This document shows positions 19,041 to 28,911 of a stretch of DNA of 64,000 nt, in pieces. The DNA is from Meyerozyma guilliermondii (lineage: Eukaryota), in NCBI GenBank assembly GCA_051546255.1, contig CP128815.1, forward strand, positions 620,001 through 684,000, given 5' to 3'. Both the position numbers and the translations under genes were made by a program. Within the stretch, counting starts at the first letter, position 1, and each line of letters opens with the position of its first letter. Under the pieces are notes generated by a model. The model ran no database searches. It saw nothing but the letters and a program-made list of their open reading frames with translations, and was not told the DNA's origin.

Positions 19041-20411
19041 CTAGTGGTCGTCGCTCTTTTTCATCTGTTCAAAGAACTCGCGGACTTTATCTTCTGTTAC
19101 CACCTTGCCTTCTTCGGCGAACGGTTTGAAAAAGTCCCGGAGTTTGGACCGTATTTTGTCGTAGACTTGTAGGCCTTCGATAGCCTGTTCTCGAGGTAGT
19201 GAATGTAAGGCTTCGGCCCCCAAGTCCAAGAGGGTAGAACCGTCATCATCTTCGTCTGCGGGCGGCTCGTAGACTGGGTCGTCCATGTAGAGGTATTCGT
19301 AGTTGGTGAGAAAATCTAAAAGACGAAATTTGGCTTTTTCAGGTTGCTCTTCTAAAGTCTTTCTCAACCGCTTCATATGATCCTGAAACCCGTTATTCAA
19401 AAATACAGAGTACCTGAATGTGGAGGGATTTTCAGTTTTTATTTTCTTCTTTTGTGGTCCTTCATCCGATGGCTGTCTTTCGTTAGCAGTATTCCACTCT
19501 TCGATGCTCAGCACCTGGTGATATGGAAGCTTTTTGAGCACAATGTCTGTATGTTCTGCCAACTCTTCAAACACCGCAGGGAATACCTCGACGCATTTCC
19601 AGCAAATGAACAGATCAAAGTCGTCTAAATTAGGAAAAGGCGATCTCTGTGAAGGTTTCGGAGTCTCCTGTTTCACAGGGGATTCCCTCTTCAACAGGGA
19701 TTCCAGCTGGGCATCTTCTGCAGGAGGTTCCAAGTCGTCTAGTCTATTTTTCAGCTCTGAAAAAGTTGATTTTGGCAGTGCTTTCACACCTAAAATGCAG
19801 TCTTCATGGTACCAGTCTTCACCACAGACAAAGCCAAAATGGCACTGTACCATCACCCGGCTCTCGTCCAATGGATTGTATGGTTCGCTACAAGAGCAAA
19901 AGAGCCCCTTGAAGTTTTGGTTATACAAATTTCCCAGCGCAGGGATATCGTCTGCCGGCAGACTCTGCGAAGATTCCAACGAATTTCGGCGATCCCGAAG
20001 GTTTTCCGAGGCGCTTCCGAGTCCTGCTCTTAACACGGGTGTCAGCGAGATACTGGACTGGTTGGAAGATCGTCTGGATCGTTTTTGGTGATGACGGAGT
20101 GTGCAACCGCCGCGAGGAACATGGGACATTCTTGTAGTTCCACAGTCACAGGTGAAATTTCGCTTGGAGAAGAGTTCCACCAAGTCGTGGTCGGCGTGGC
20201 ACTGTATGGAACACGAGTAGCAGACGCCAATGGGGACAAAATCGTCATTATTTTGCAGCTTTGAACATGTCAAACAGGCATATACTGGCTGTCGCAATTC
20301 CCCCATAGTATAGGTACACTCCGTGGGGTCGAATGGCATCAAGGTGCGAGCCTCTTGTTCCAACTCCCGCTGGGACTCCAAGTAGTCGACGGCTGTGATC
20401 AGATCGGACAT
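19041..20411 (-). CDS. UBR-box/PHD protein, UBR7/Mlo2 family
   Basis: CTY..G.LRQPVYACLTC...CYSCSIQCHADHDLVELFSKRNFTCDCG; PHD-like FCSC...MVQC...CGEDWYHEDC. Confidence 0.88.
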   Translation of the reverse strand: MSDLITAVDYLESQRELEQEARTLMPFDPTECTYTMGELRQPVYACLTCSKLQNNDDFVPIGVCYSCSIQCHADHDLVELFSKRNFTCDCGTTRMSHVPRGGCTLRHHQKRSRRSSNQSSISLTPVLRAGLGSASENLRDRRNSLESSQSLPADDIPALGNLYNQNFKGLFCSCSEPYNPLDESRVMVQCHFGFVCGEDWYHEDCILGVKALPKSTFSELKNRLDDLEPPAEDAQLESLLKRESPVKQETPKPSQRSPFPNLDDFDLFICWKCVEVFPAVFEELAEHTDIVLKKLPYHQVLSIEEWNTANERQPSDEGPQKKKIKTENPSTFRYSVFLNNGFQDHMKRLRKTLEEQPEKAKFRLLDFLTNYEYLYMDDPVYEPPADEDDDGSTLLDLGAEALHSLPREQAIEGLQVYDKIRSKLRDFFKPFAEEGKVVTEDKVREFFEQMKKSDDH

Positions 20412-20853
20412 GGTAAGGAAGAAGATAGGAAGGTGCGGTTGTGATGCGGGTCCTGCAGGTGAATGGGTGCAAGGGAAGATGAAGAGGAGAGAGGAGAGAA
20501 GGAGACGAAGAAAATAAGGAAAGGGAGAAGAAGAAGGAGGAAAGGCAGGAACATGCTTGAAACTTGGTAATGTTGTAATTTTGCAAAATGTCCAAATTTA
20601 ATAATTTTGTCAAATGGACTTTCTCAATAGTTGAGTATTTCACAGAATTCAACACAAAATTGACCTTTCTCATTGTTCACTCCGATCGTCAGTTCCGCTT
20701 TTTAATCACCCTCCTTTTTCCTCTCTATTTCTTAATTATTCTTCGTTTCTGTCTTCCTCATCTCTCCGCGTCTGCACCTAATAATCCCAAAACGGAAAAA
20801 GTCGCAGCGCACCGCGTCTACATTTTTCAGCCCGCATTTCTTCTTCACCACCG

Positions 20854-23415
20854 ATGTCAAGTCCAAATCACAGAAAAAGACAGGCCGACGACGGGGATGC
20901 CGCAGGCCGGTCTTCTCCATCCATCGCGTCCAGTCCTCAATTGCCCCCTTCTTCACCTGCTATTCCATTTGCTGACGAGGAAGAAGAAATCATCGACGAT
21001 GTCCACGATCTCAATGCCTCCGATGAGGATGACGGCGAGGACTTGTTGGACAACCTCGAGCAGGATTACCGACGCAACGAGTCGCAGGACCACTACGACT
21101 TGGGAGAAGGAAACATCGACGACGAGGAATACGAGGAATTGGACGCTGCAACGAGAAGACGGATCGACCAGCAGATGGACAGAAGAGATGACTTTATGGG
21201 AAGAACCAACGACCGGTCTCGAAGACAGGCATATATGGACGACGACGAAGACGATGATGTGGGAGAGGTCGATCAATATGGGCTTCCTGTTCAAAGACGC
21301 CGTAGAAGACAGTACGACGACCATGACGATATGATGGAAGGATTTGAAATCGATCCTTTTAACGAAGAATTGTCGCTAGAAAGCTTGAGCGACGTCAAGG
21401 CAGCTACTGTCACCGAGTGGATTCTCCAGCCGGCCGTATCAAAGTCAATTGCCCGGGAACTCAAATCTTTTTTGCTTGAATACACCGATGAAAAAGGTCG
21501 TTCCGTCTACGGTGCCAAGATCCGAACTTTGGGAGAGGTCAATGCCGAGTCGTTAGAGGTGTTCTACGACCACTTGGCCGATTCCAAAGCTATTTTGGCA
21601 CTTTTCTTGGCAACTTCTCCAACGGAAATGTTGAAGATTTTCGACATCGTTGCCATGGAAGCCACTGAGCTCCATTACCCCAATTATTCTCAAATCCACC
21701 AGGAAATCCACGTCCGTATCACCAACTTTCCCAACTTGTTGACGTTGAGAGACCTCCGCGAAAGCAACCTTAATTCGTTGATCAAAATCTCCGGTGTCGT
21801 CACTCGTCGTACCGGCGTTTTTCCCCAGCTCAAGTATGTCAAATTCGACTGCTTAAAATGCGGTGTAGTTTTGGGTCCTTTTGTCCAGGACTCCAATACA
21901 GAGGTCAAGATCTCGTTCTGTACCAACTGTCGAGCCAAGGGACCTTTCCGCATCAATTCCGAGAAAACCCTCTACCGAAACTACCAGAGAATCACTCTCC
22001 AGGAATCTCCAGGAAGCGTTCCAGCAGGAAGATTGCCCAGACACCGAGAAATTATCTTGCTCTGGGACTTGGTAGACATTGCCAAACCCGGGGAAGAAAT
22101 CGAAGTCACGGGAATTTACAAGAACAACTATGATGGCCACTTGAATGCGAAGAATGGATTTCCTGTTTTTGCGACGGTGATCGAGGCAAACTCCATTAAA
22201 CGCAAGGAAACAACAGCTTTTGGCGACGGCATTAATGCGTGGACCGAAGAGGAAGAGCGGGAATTCCGCAAACTTTCCAAAGAACGTGGAATCATCGACA
22301 AAATTATCAGTTCCATGGCTCCGTCTATTTATGGTCACAAGGATATCAAGACCGCCGTAGCATGTTCCTTATTCGGCGGAGTGCCCAAGAACGTCAACAA
22401 CAAGCTTTCCATTCGAGGAGACATCAATGTGTTGTTGTTGGGAGACCCTGGAACCGCCAAGTCGCAGATATTAAAGTATGCCGAAAAGACTGCCAATCGT
22501 GCTGTTTTCGCTACTGGGCAAGGTGCTTCTGCTGTGGGATTAACGGCGTCCGTAAGGAAAGATCCCATTACTCGAGAATGGACTTTGGAAGGAGGAGCGT
22601 TGGTTTTGGCCGATAAAGGAACCTGCTTGATTGACGAGTTCGACAAGATGAACGACCAGGATCGAACCAGTATTCACGAGGCCATGGAACAGCAGTCTAT
22701 CTCGGTGTCCAAGGCAGGTATTGTCACGACATTGCAAGCCCGGTGTGCCATTATTGCGGCTGCAAATCCTAATGGAGGAAAGTACAATTCGACATTGCCG
22801 CTTTCACAAAATGTTGATTTGACCGAGCCGATCTTGTCTCGTTTTGACATCTTGTGTGTTGTACGAGACTTAGTGAATCCAGAACTGGACGAAAGATTGG
22901 CCAGTTTCGTCATTGACTCGCACATGCGGTCGCACCCAGCACTGGCTGAAGATGGTGAAAACGACGACGACATGGAAGAAGACCAAGATATAAATACACC
23001 AAGAAGGAAAACCAGACAGCAGCGGAACGAACAGGCTCTCAAAGAAAAAGAAAGTGAGATTTCCCCCATTCCACAAGACTTATTGGTCAAGTATATCAAC
23101 TATGCGCGAGTCAAGGTTCTGCCCAAACTCCACCAGATGGACATGGATAAAGTTTCGCGAGTGTATGCCGACTTGAGACGAGAGTCCGTTACCACAGGCT
23201 CGTTTCCCATTACTGTCAGACACTTGGAAAGTATTCTCAGATTGGCAGAGGCATTTGCCAAGATGCGACTCTCGGACTTTGTGAGTCAAAATGACCTTAA
23301 CCGGGCCATCAAGGTGAGTATAGATAGCTTTGTGGGAGCACAGAAGGTGACTGTTCGAAGGCAGCTCCAACGGTCGTTTATGAAGTACACGTTGCCGGTG
23401 CGGCAAGCCAGCTAG
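20854..23415 (+). CDS. MCM2: DNA replication licensing factor Mcm2
   Basis: Acidic N-terminus, CLKC..CTNC zinc finger, GDPGTAKSQ, IDEFDKM, SRFD. Confidence 0.98.
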   Translation: MSSPNHRKRQADDGDAAGRSSPSIASSPQLPPSSPAIPFADEEEEIIDDVHDLNASDEDDGEDLLDNLEQDYRRNESQDHYDLGEGNIDDEEYEELDAATRRRIDQQMDRRDDFMGRTNDRSRRQAYMDDDEDDDVGEVDQYGLPVQRRRRRQYDDHDDMMEGFEIDPFNEELSLESLSDVKAATVTEWILQPAVSKSIARELKSFLLEYTDEKGRSVYGAKIRTLGEVNAESLEVFYDHLADSKAILALFLATSPTEMLKIFDIVAMEATELHYPNYSQIHQEIHVRITNFPNLLTLRDLRESNLNSLIKISGVVTRRTGVFPQLKYVKFDCLKCGVVLGPFVQDSNTEVKISFCTNCRAKGPFRINSEKTLYRNYQRITLQESPGSVPAGRLPRHREIILLWDLVDIAKPGEEIEVTGIYKNNYDGHLNAKNGFPVFATVIEANSIKRKETTAFGDGINAWTEEEEREFRKLSKERGIIDKIISSMAPSIYGHKDIKTAVACSLFGGVPKNVNNKLSIRGDINVLLLGDPGTAKSQILKYAEKTANRAVFATGQGASAVGLTASVRKDPITREWTLEGGALVLADKGTCLIDEFDKMNDQDRTSIHEAMEQQSISVSKAGIVTTLQARCAIIAAANPNGGKYNSTLPLSQNVDLTEPILSRFDILCVVRDLVNPELDERLASFVIDSHMRSHPALAEDGENDDDMEEDQDINTPRRKTRQQRNEQALKEKESEISPIPQDLLVKYINYARVKVLPKLHQMDMDKVSRVYADLRRESVTTGSFPITVRHLESILRLAEAFAKMRLSDFVSQNDLNRAIKVSIDSFVGAQKVTVRRQLQRSFMKYTLPVRQAS

Positions 23416-23570
23416 GAAACGAACAGATATTGAATGAATGAACAAAAGCTCAAATATTCGAAAAGGGTTCCACTCATGTAACAGTAACTCAGTGTAGTGT
23501 TAACTGTCTGGGGAGTTTATTGGACTGGGTCGTATCAGTTCTTTCCAGCTTTCACAATCGTGTTAGGTTA

Positions 23571-23740
23571 TCATTAGTTTGTCTCTAGTTTGTCTAGTAT
23601 TTCACTAGTATTTCACTAGTTTATCACTGGTTTACTTCATTAGTATCCACTAGTTTGTCCCTAGTTTGTTACTAGTTTGTCGCTAGTATTTCACTAGTCT
23701 GTCACTAATCTCATTAGTATTTCAGTATTTTTCTCTAGTC
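23571..23740. repeat. Degenerate minisatellite, about 15 copies of an 11-nt unit (CACTAGTTTGT / CACTAGTATTT)
   Basis: Direct reading: cattagtttgt ctctagtttgt ... cactagtattt cactagtttat ... cactagtttgt ccctagtttgt tactagtttgt cgctagtattt cactagtctgt. Confidence 0.8.
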
Positions 23741-24204
23741 AATCTCCACATAAATTACCTTCGTCGTCATTCTCACTCCATTGATCAAAGGCATATCCAA
23801 ATTCTCAAGCTCATTAAGTTTACTTTGTTGAAGTTTTCTTCCATTATGTTCTCTGTTTTAATCAGCTAAGTCTACTTCACTTGGTTGTTTCATACCTGGA
23901 CTATAATAGACTATCAATTGTTCTCACTTAGTCGCCTATAAGTGAATCCAGTAATCAGTCATCTGGTTGTAATTTGCAATACTTTGATTCTCTCGTTTAG
24001 TTATCATGCTACAATTGATTTCCCTATTGGTCTCACTTCATTAATACTCTTGGGCTCAGCTTGATAATCTCACTCAACTCTAACTTGATAATTTTACTCA
24101 ATTTATTTTACTGTATACCATTAGCTATCAATTAGATTACTTGTTCGCACTCGCGGCTGCAAATCCTGCCCACACCCATAAACGCGCGCGGCAACTTTCT
24201 CTTC

Positions 24205-25161
24205 ATGTTAAACCTAGACGAGTAAGTGTCCTCAACTCCATTCTCTCAAGCCATATACTGACCCAGAACCATTCAAAATATTAAGCTGTGCAAACACGTG
24301 CCAGAATCCGATGTCCAGGAGCTTTGTAGCAAGGTTATTGAGCTTCTTATAGAAGAAGCAAATGTGCAACATTTACACACCCCAGTAACTATTTGTGGAG
24401 ATATTCACGGTCAGCTTCATGACCTTTTGACGTTGTTTAGAACGGGAGGTGAGTGTCCTGGAACACAGTACTTGTTTTTAGGGGATTTTGTGGATCGAGG
24501 ATTTTACTCACTTGAAAGTCTTTTGCTTCTACTCGCGTTAAAAGTTCGATATCCTGATCGAATTGCGTTGATAAGAGGCAATCATGAAAGCAGACAAATC
24601 ACCACCGTGTACGGGTTCTACGACGAGTGTGTGCGCAAGTATGGAAGTGTAAATGTGTGGCGATACTGCTGCGAAGTGTTTGATTATTTGGCGCTTGGTG
24701 CCATTGTGGGCGGGGCGGTGTTTTGTATTCACGGCGGTTTGAGTCCTGATATCGACACCGTGGACCAAATCCGTGTCATTGACCGAAAACAAGAAGTGCC
24801 CCACGAAGGGGGAATGTGTGATCTCTTGTGGCTGGACCCAGAGGACGTACAAGGGTGGGCGATTCTGCCACGCGGTGCTGGGTTTCTCTTTGGAAACAAC
24901 GAAGTACAGCAGTTTCTTCACCGCAACGACGTGTCGCTCATAGCGCGAGCACACCAGCTTGTCATGGAGGGCTACAAGGAGATGTTTGATGGTGGATTGG
25001 TGACGGTGTGGCTGGCACCCAACTACTGTTATCGATGCGGAAACATCGCTCTGGTGCTTACTATCACCGACGATCTCGAGCGCCATTACAAGGTGTTTGA
25101 GGCGGTGACCCCAGAGAACGACACCCCTACAAAGAGACCTCAAACCGACTACTTTATATGA
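24205..25161 (+). CDS. PPH3: Protein phosphatase 4 catalytic subunit; exons 24205-24221 and 24267-25161
   Basis: Spliced N-terminus [61 protein letters not shown]-terminal DYFI. Confidence 0.92.
24222..24266 (+). other. Intron of PPH3 (45 nt)
   Basis: GTAAGT ... TACTGAC ... CAG; removal joins ATG 24205 in frame with the phosphatase ORF. Confidence 0.85.
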
Positions 25162-25977
25162 CCAATGGGCAATGGGCAATGGCAATGAACATGACCACAG
25201 AACGTATGGGCTAGTGAACGTGATCCACGGACCCATGGCCAAGAATCACATGACACACAAGAGTTTAGCGGACCCCTGATCCTAATTGGTAATTAATTGG
25301 TACCCAACTGCCGCCCTACTTACCAAACTATATTTATATGGAGGAGCTTTACGAGACCCAACAACTCGTATAGCAAACGGCTATTTGCAAGACAATACAC
25401 TCAGCTACTTGCCTATGTGAATTACATCATACAGCCACAGCCTCAACCACAATTGAAAACTTCACAGCCTTGTCTGATCAGCTTGTCTGATCCATGTCAA
25501 CATGCTTATCTGCCTGCAATAGCCCACTTCAGCCTACATGCCTTCACATAAGCATGCATGGTCGGCCCGATAAAATTTTTTTGACATGCGAGATTATAAT
25601 CCCTGCCCCTTATTGTTGTGAAAGTTTACGGCGCGGAATTTTCCCGCAAGTGTTTGCCGCTTCACTCCTACGAAAACGGCAACGCCCACACCTCAATTGC
25701 AATTAAGGTTTACCAAGACTAAACCGGCTACACTTGTCCCGTCTCAGTTCAGTCGAGGCTGTACCACTGACGCGCGTGGTGCATTTGTCTCATCGCTTCC
25801 GTATGCAGCTTCGAGACACTCGCGCCGCACGCGCCGCAGAACTTCTCTCAGGATCTATAATCCTGCTGAGGATATAAATAGTGGGCGCAGGGAGCAACGG
25901 GATGAGCTTGGCACAAATATTTATTGAGGGAGCAGCCTCAACCTAGCGGATCGTGGTTTTTCAACACCGACTAAAAA

Positions 25978-26322
25978 ATGAGATTGAATGCATTTTTAAC
26001 CCTACTTACAATATGCACTGCCATGGTGGTAGCAGCGACGACTTCGGCCACCACCACCACCTTGGTGTGGGTCACCGTCACCCAATCTGGTAAGTTGGCC
26101 ACTATCCAAACTGCATTCAAACAAGAATTCAAATCCACATATACCAGTGCTGAAACCAGTGATGTGAAATCCGGAGAAGTTGGACTTGGAACATTATCAG
26201 GAAACATCGGTGAAGTAAGGTCCTATGAACGTACTACTATCTCTGCCAACGACGGAATACTCAACGCTGGCTCTACATCTGCTCTCATGGGCATGGCAGT
26301 GTTTCTTGGCATGATTTTCTGA
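25978..26322 (+). CDS. KRE1: Kre1-family GPI-anchored cell wall protein
   Basis: Signal peptide, Thr-rich stretch, WVTVT...F.Q.F.S.Y...SGEVGLGTLSGNIG, hydrophobic C-terminal GPI signal. Confidence 0.75.
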   Translation: MRLNAFLTLLTICTAMVVAATTSATTTTLVWVTVTQSGKLATIQTAFKQEFKSTYTSAETSDVKSGEVGLGTLSGNIGEVRSYERTTISANDGILNAGSTSALMGMAVFLGMIF

Positions 26323-26585
26323 ACAAGAAATCGAACACGAGAGAAGAAGAAGAGAGAAGAGAATTTCACTTCAGCCTCAAATTACCATTTCATTACATTC
26401 TCATTACATTAGCATACAAGCACCGAGTGACATAATACTGGGTTACAAGGGCAAACACAATAGACAGCAACAGTAAACATGTGTAGCCAAGCCAGCCAAG
26501 ACAGAACCACCCTGGAATCAGGATTGTGCGCCGCGCCACACCCAATCGTCACGGTGCGAAAAATCTGGGCGAGCAATTGTCTTCA

Positions 26586-27147
26586 ATGCCAGACACTCCT
26601 GAAACCGAGGGTGGGTATCGGCACCCACTAAGCAAGGTATTTCTGCCGGGGAATCTTCGGTCAATATCCTTGGAAAACCGAGGGTCAGTAGCTCGCGATC
26701 ATGTAGGTATACGCGCGGAAATATTGCCTGATAAAGGGCTGTGATGCAATGCACTGGAACAATCACTAACTGCAGCTCGCCAACGAACGCACTTTTTTGG
26801 CATGGCTAAGAACGTCATTGTCATTCATAACCATGGGCATTGGAATCACCCAATTGTTCCGACTCGAGTCGTCCAGATCAAGAGTACAAATTTCCGATCG
26901 TTATATTAATCTTCAAAATGAACCCGACTTGCATGCAGTCCACCGGTTTGGTAAACCGGTAGGAGCCGTGTTTATTGCCCTCGGAATATTCACGGTTGCA
27001 TTTGGAGCTTTCCGGTTTTTTCTCGTACAATACTCTCTCACAAAGAATCATTACCCAGCAACTCGGTTATCCGTTGGTTTATTGGCAGCGGCTATCTTGA
27101 TGCTCCTGGTGGTCGTATTCGGTATGATCCTTAAAACGGCAAGTTAG
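26586..27147 (+). CDS. DUF202 (YidH/Vtc1-like) membrane protein; exons 26586-26702 and 26776-27147
   Basis: Splicing restores the signature LENRGSVARDH|LANERTFLAWLRTSL; three TM helices follow. Confidence 0.85.
26703..26775 (+). other. Intron of DUF202 gene (73 nt)
   Basis: GTAGGT ... CACTAAC TGCAG; junction inferred from the protein motif. Confidence 0.8.
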
Positions 27148-27548
27148 CTGCACCCTGACGTCCGCACCGCGCATCACGTCTAGGCTACATGAAATTTGCT
27201 GCAAGACACCTAAACACAATTCCATACTTCTTATAAAATATCTACGTAAAACATGGCACTTATCTACATCCATAACATTTAGACCGTTGTTTATCTTATT
27301 TTTTACTCTAAGCTTGGCCGATCAATTTCACATGCGCCTCCTCACCTCATCGGCGTAAAAACGCCTTCCTTGCATATCGATGCACGACCGCGTTTGACAG
27401 GTTTGATAATACGAGTCCGAGGGTCGTGCGCCGAACCACCTCCAGGGCGCAGCCCCATGCCCGTTCACGTGAGTCCTGCACTCGCGCGAGTTTGCCCCTC
27501 TGTAAAATTTTCGTCATTATCACACCGAAAACTTAGACCACAAACAAA

Positions 27549-27851
27549 ATGGTAAGTAAATCAAAAATAACAGCGTTTTGACACGCTGGATACATCGGTG
27601 GATGTTCTGATACGTCTGAACGTGCTCCGTAAATAGTTTTATCAGCTTATACTAACTTTTAGGGAAAAGTCCACGGATCATTGGCTCGTGCCGGTAAAGT
27701 TAAGTCGCAAACTCCAAAGGTTGAACCTCAAGAGAAGCCAAAGAAGCCAAAAGGAAGAGCTTACAAGCGTTTGTTATACACCAGAAGATTCGTCAACGTT
27801 ACCTTGACCAACGGTAAGAGAAAGATGAACCCCTCCCCAGCTTCCCAGTAA
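27549..27851 (+). CDS. RPS30: 40S ribosomal protein eS30; exons 27549-27551 and 27663-27851 (absent from ORF track)
   Basis: [47 protein letters not shown]... Confidence 0.96.
27552..27662 (+). other. Intron of RPS30 (111 nt)
   Basis: ATG|GTAAGT ... TACTAAC TTTTAG. Confidence 0.93.
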
Positions 27852-27995
27852 GCATTTAATGTATATGAATACAATTCAATACGAGATAGTGTAGAGTAGG
27901 AGAAGGTGAGAATGGAGATGAGAGGATAAAAGTGAAGGTGAGAATGAAAGGATAAGCAAATCCATGTGCAAATTTCTTGATAATTTGTATGATAG

Positions 27996-28757
27996 TTATT
28001 GATCCCATTCTAAAAAGTACGAGTATACTCGGGACCGGATCTCGGCTGTTTCTTCGTCCTCTTCAAACATCGGCTTCCATATTTGCATGTCGTTTTGTTT
28101 GCTTTTGAATCCATACTCTTTGCATGTTTCAAAAAACTTTAAATCTTCATTTAATAAATGAGCCCTATGCGGTGAAAATACAACAAATATAAGTCCTGTT
28201 GCATTTAAAAGCTGCTTACAGCTCTTGAGTAAGTTGTGGTGTTGGTTATGGTTGAAGATCAAGTCCGAAAGAATAATTAAATCAAACTTTTCATCCTCTT
28301 TCGCAGCCTTGTTCTCTTCATTAAACATCATGGCTCCAATATCGTTTCCCCATATGTATCCCTTGACCTCTATGTTTTTGGCGTCTGGAGTGTGGTCCAC
28401 GTTGTACTGGATATTATCAATCAAATCCGGATCGGGGTAATCGGTGGAAAGTACGTATGCTGCTTCGTTGAGCCCGCATACAAGACTTGGTAATCCGGCG
28501 GCTGCACCCAACTCCAAAACCCTTTTTCCACGCACGAGTTCTCTGCTATGCTTATCGAGGTAGTCTGCGGTATAGATTCCAGCATTCCAGAGCATGTGGC
28601 CCCACAATGGCGATTTTCCAACCAACCTCATCTCGATGGTGGAGGGATTAGCACCAGGTATTTTGCGCCCATAAGTTGCGAAATGTGGCTCTGGAGGTGG
28701 TGGAAGAAACCCCTCGGGCTCCTCGAATAAACTCACATCGATTTCGTCGTCAGACAT
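27996..28757 (-). CDS. EFM7: Protein N-terminal/lysine methyltransferase Efm7 (Nnt1)
   Basis: [50 protein letters not shown]. Confidence 0.92.
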   Translation of the reverse strand: MSDDEIDVSLFEEPEGFLPPPPEPHFATYGRKIPGANPSTIEMRLVGKSPLWGHMLWNAGIYTADYLDKHSRELVRGKRVLELGAAAGLPSLVCGLNEAAYVLSTDYPDPDLIDNIQYNVDHTPDAKNIEVKGYIWGNDIGAMMFNEENKAAKEDEKFDLIILSDLIFNHNQHHNLLKSCKQLLNATGLIFVVFSPHRAHLLNEDLKFFETCKEYGFKSKQNDMQIWKPMFEEDEETAEIRSRVYSYFLEWDQ

Positions 28758-28860
28758 CACCGGAAAAGTGGCTGCTGCTGCTGCAATTGTTCAGACGGTA
28801 TAGCTGGTGTGTGGATGTAAACACTTCTAGTGTGCGTTCGATGAGCTGCGTACTTCCGTG

Positions 28861-28910
28861 CATAACTTCCGACCATAACTTGCGACCAACTTCCGACCAA
28901 CTTCCGACCA
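28861..28910. repeat. Short tandem repeat (CA(TA)ACTTCCGAC, 4 copies) directly before the ATG at 28912
   Basis: cataacttccgac cataacttgcgac caacttccgac caacttccgac. Confidence 0.7.
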
Positions 28911-28911
28911 A

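Noticed and set aside
20588..21334. 248-aa ORF overlapping the MCM2 start
   Set aside because: Off-frame shadow of the Asp/Glu-rich Mcm2 N-terminus with no domain; an upstream-ORF role is unsupported without TSS data.
23571..23740. CRISPR-like array
   Set aside because: Eukaryotic context; units are 11 nt, contiguous and have no unique spacers; no cas genes.
23416..24204. Possible solo LTR or centromere
   Set aside because: No TG...CA boundaries with target-site duplication, no second copy, no primer-binding site, and the gap is shorter than typical regional centromeres.
24538..25242. 234-aa antisense ORF over PPH3
   Set aside because: Antisense shadow of a conserved gene with no recognisable motif.
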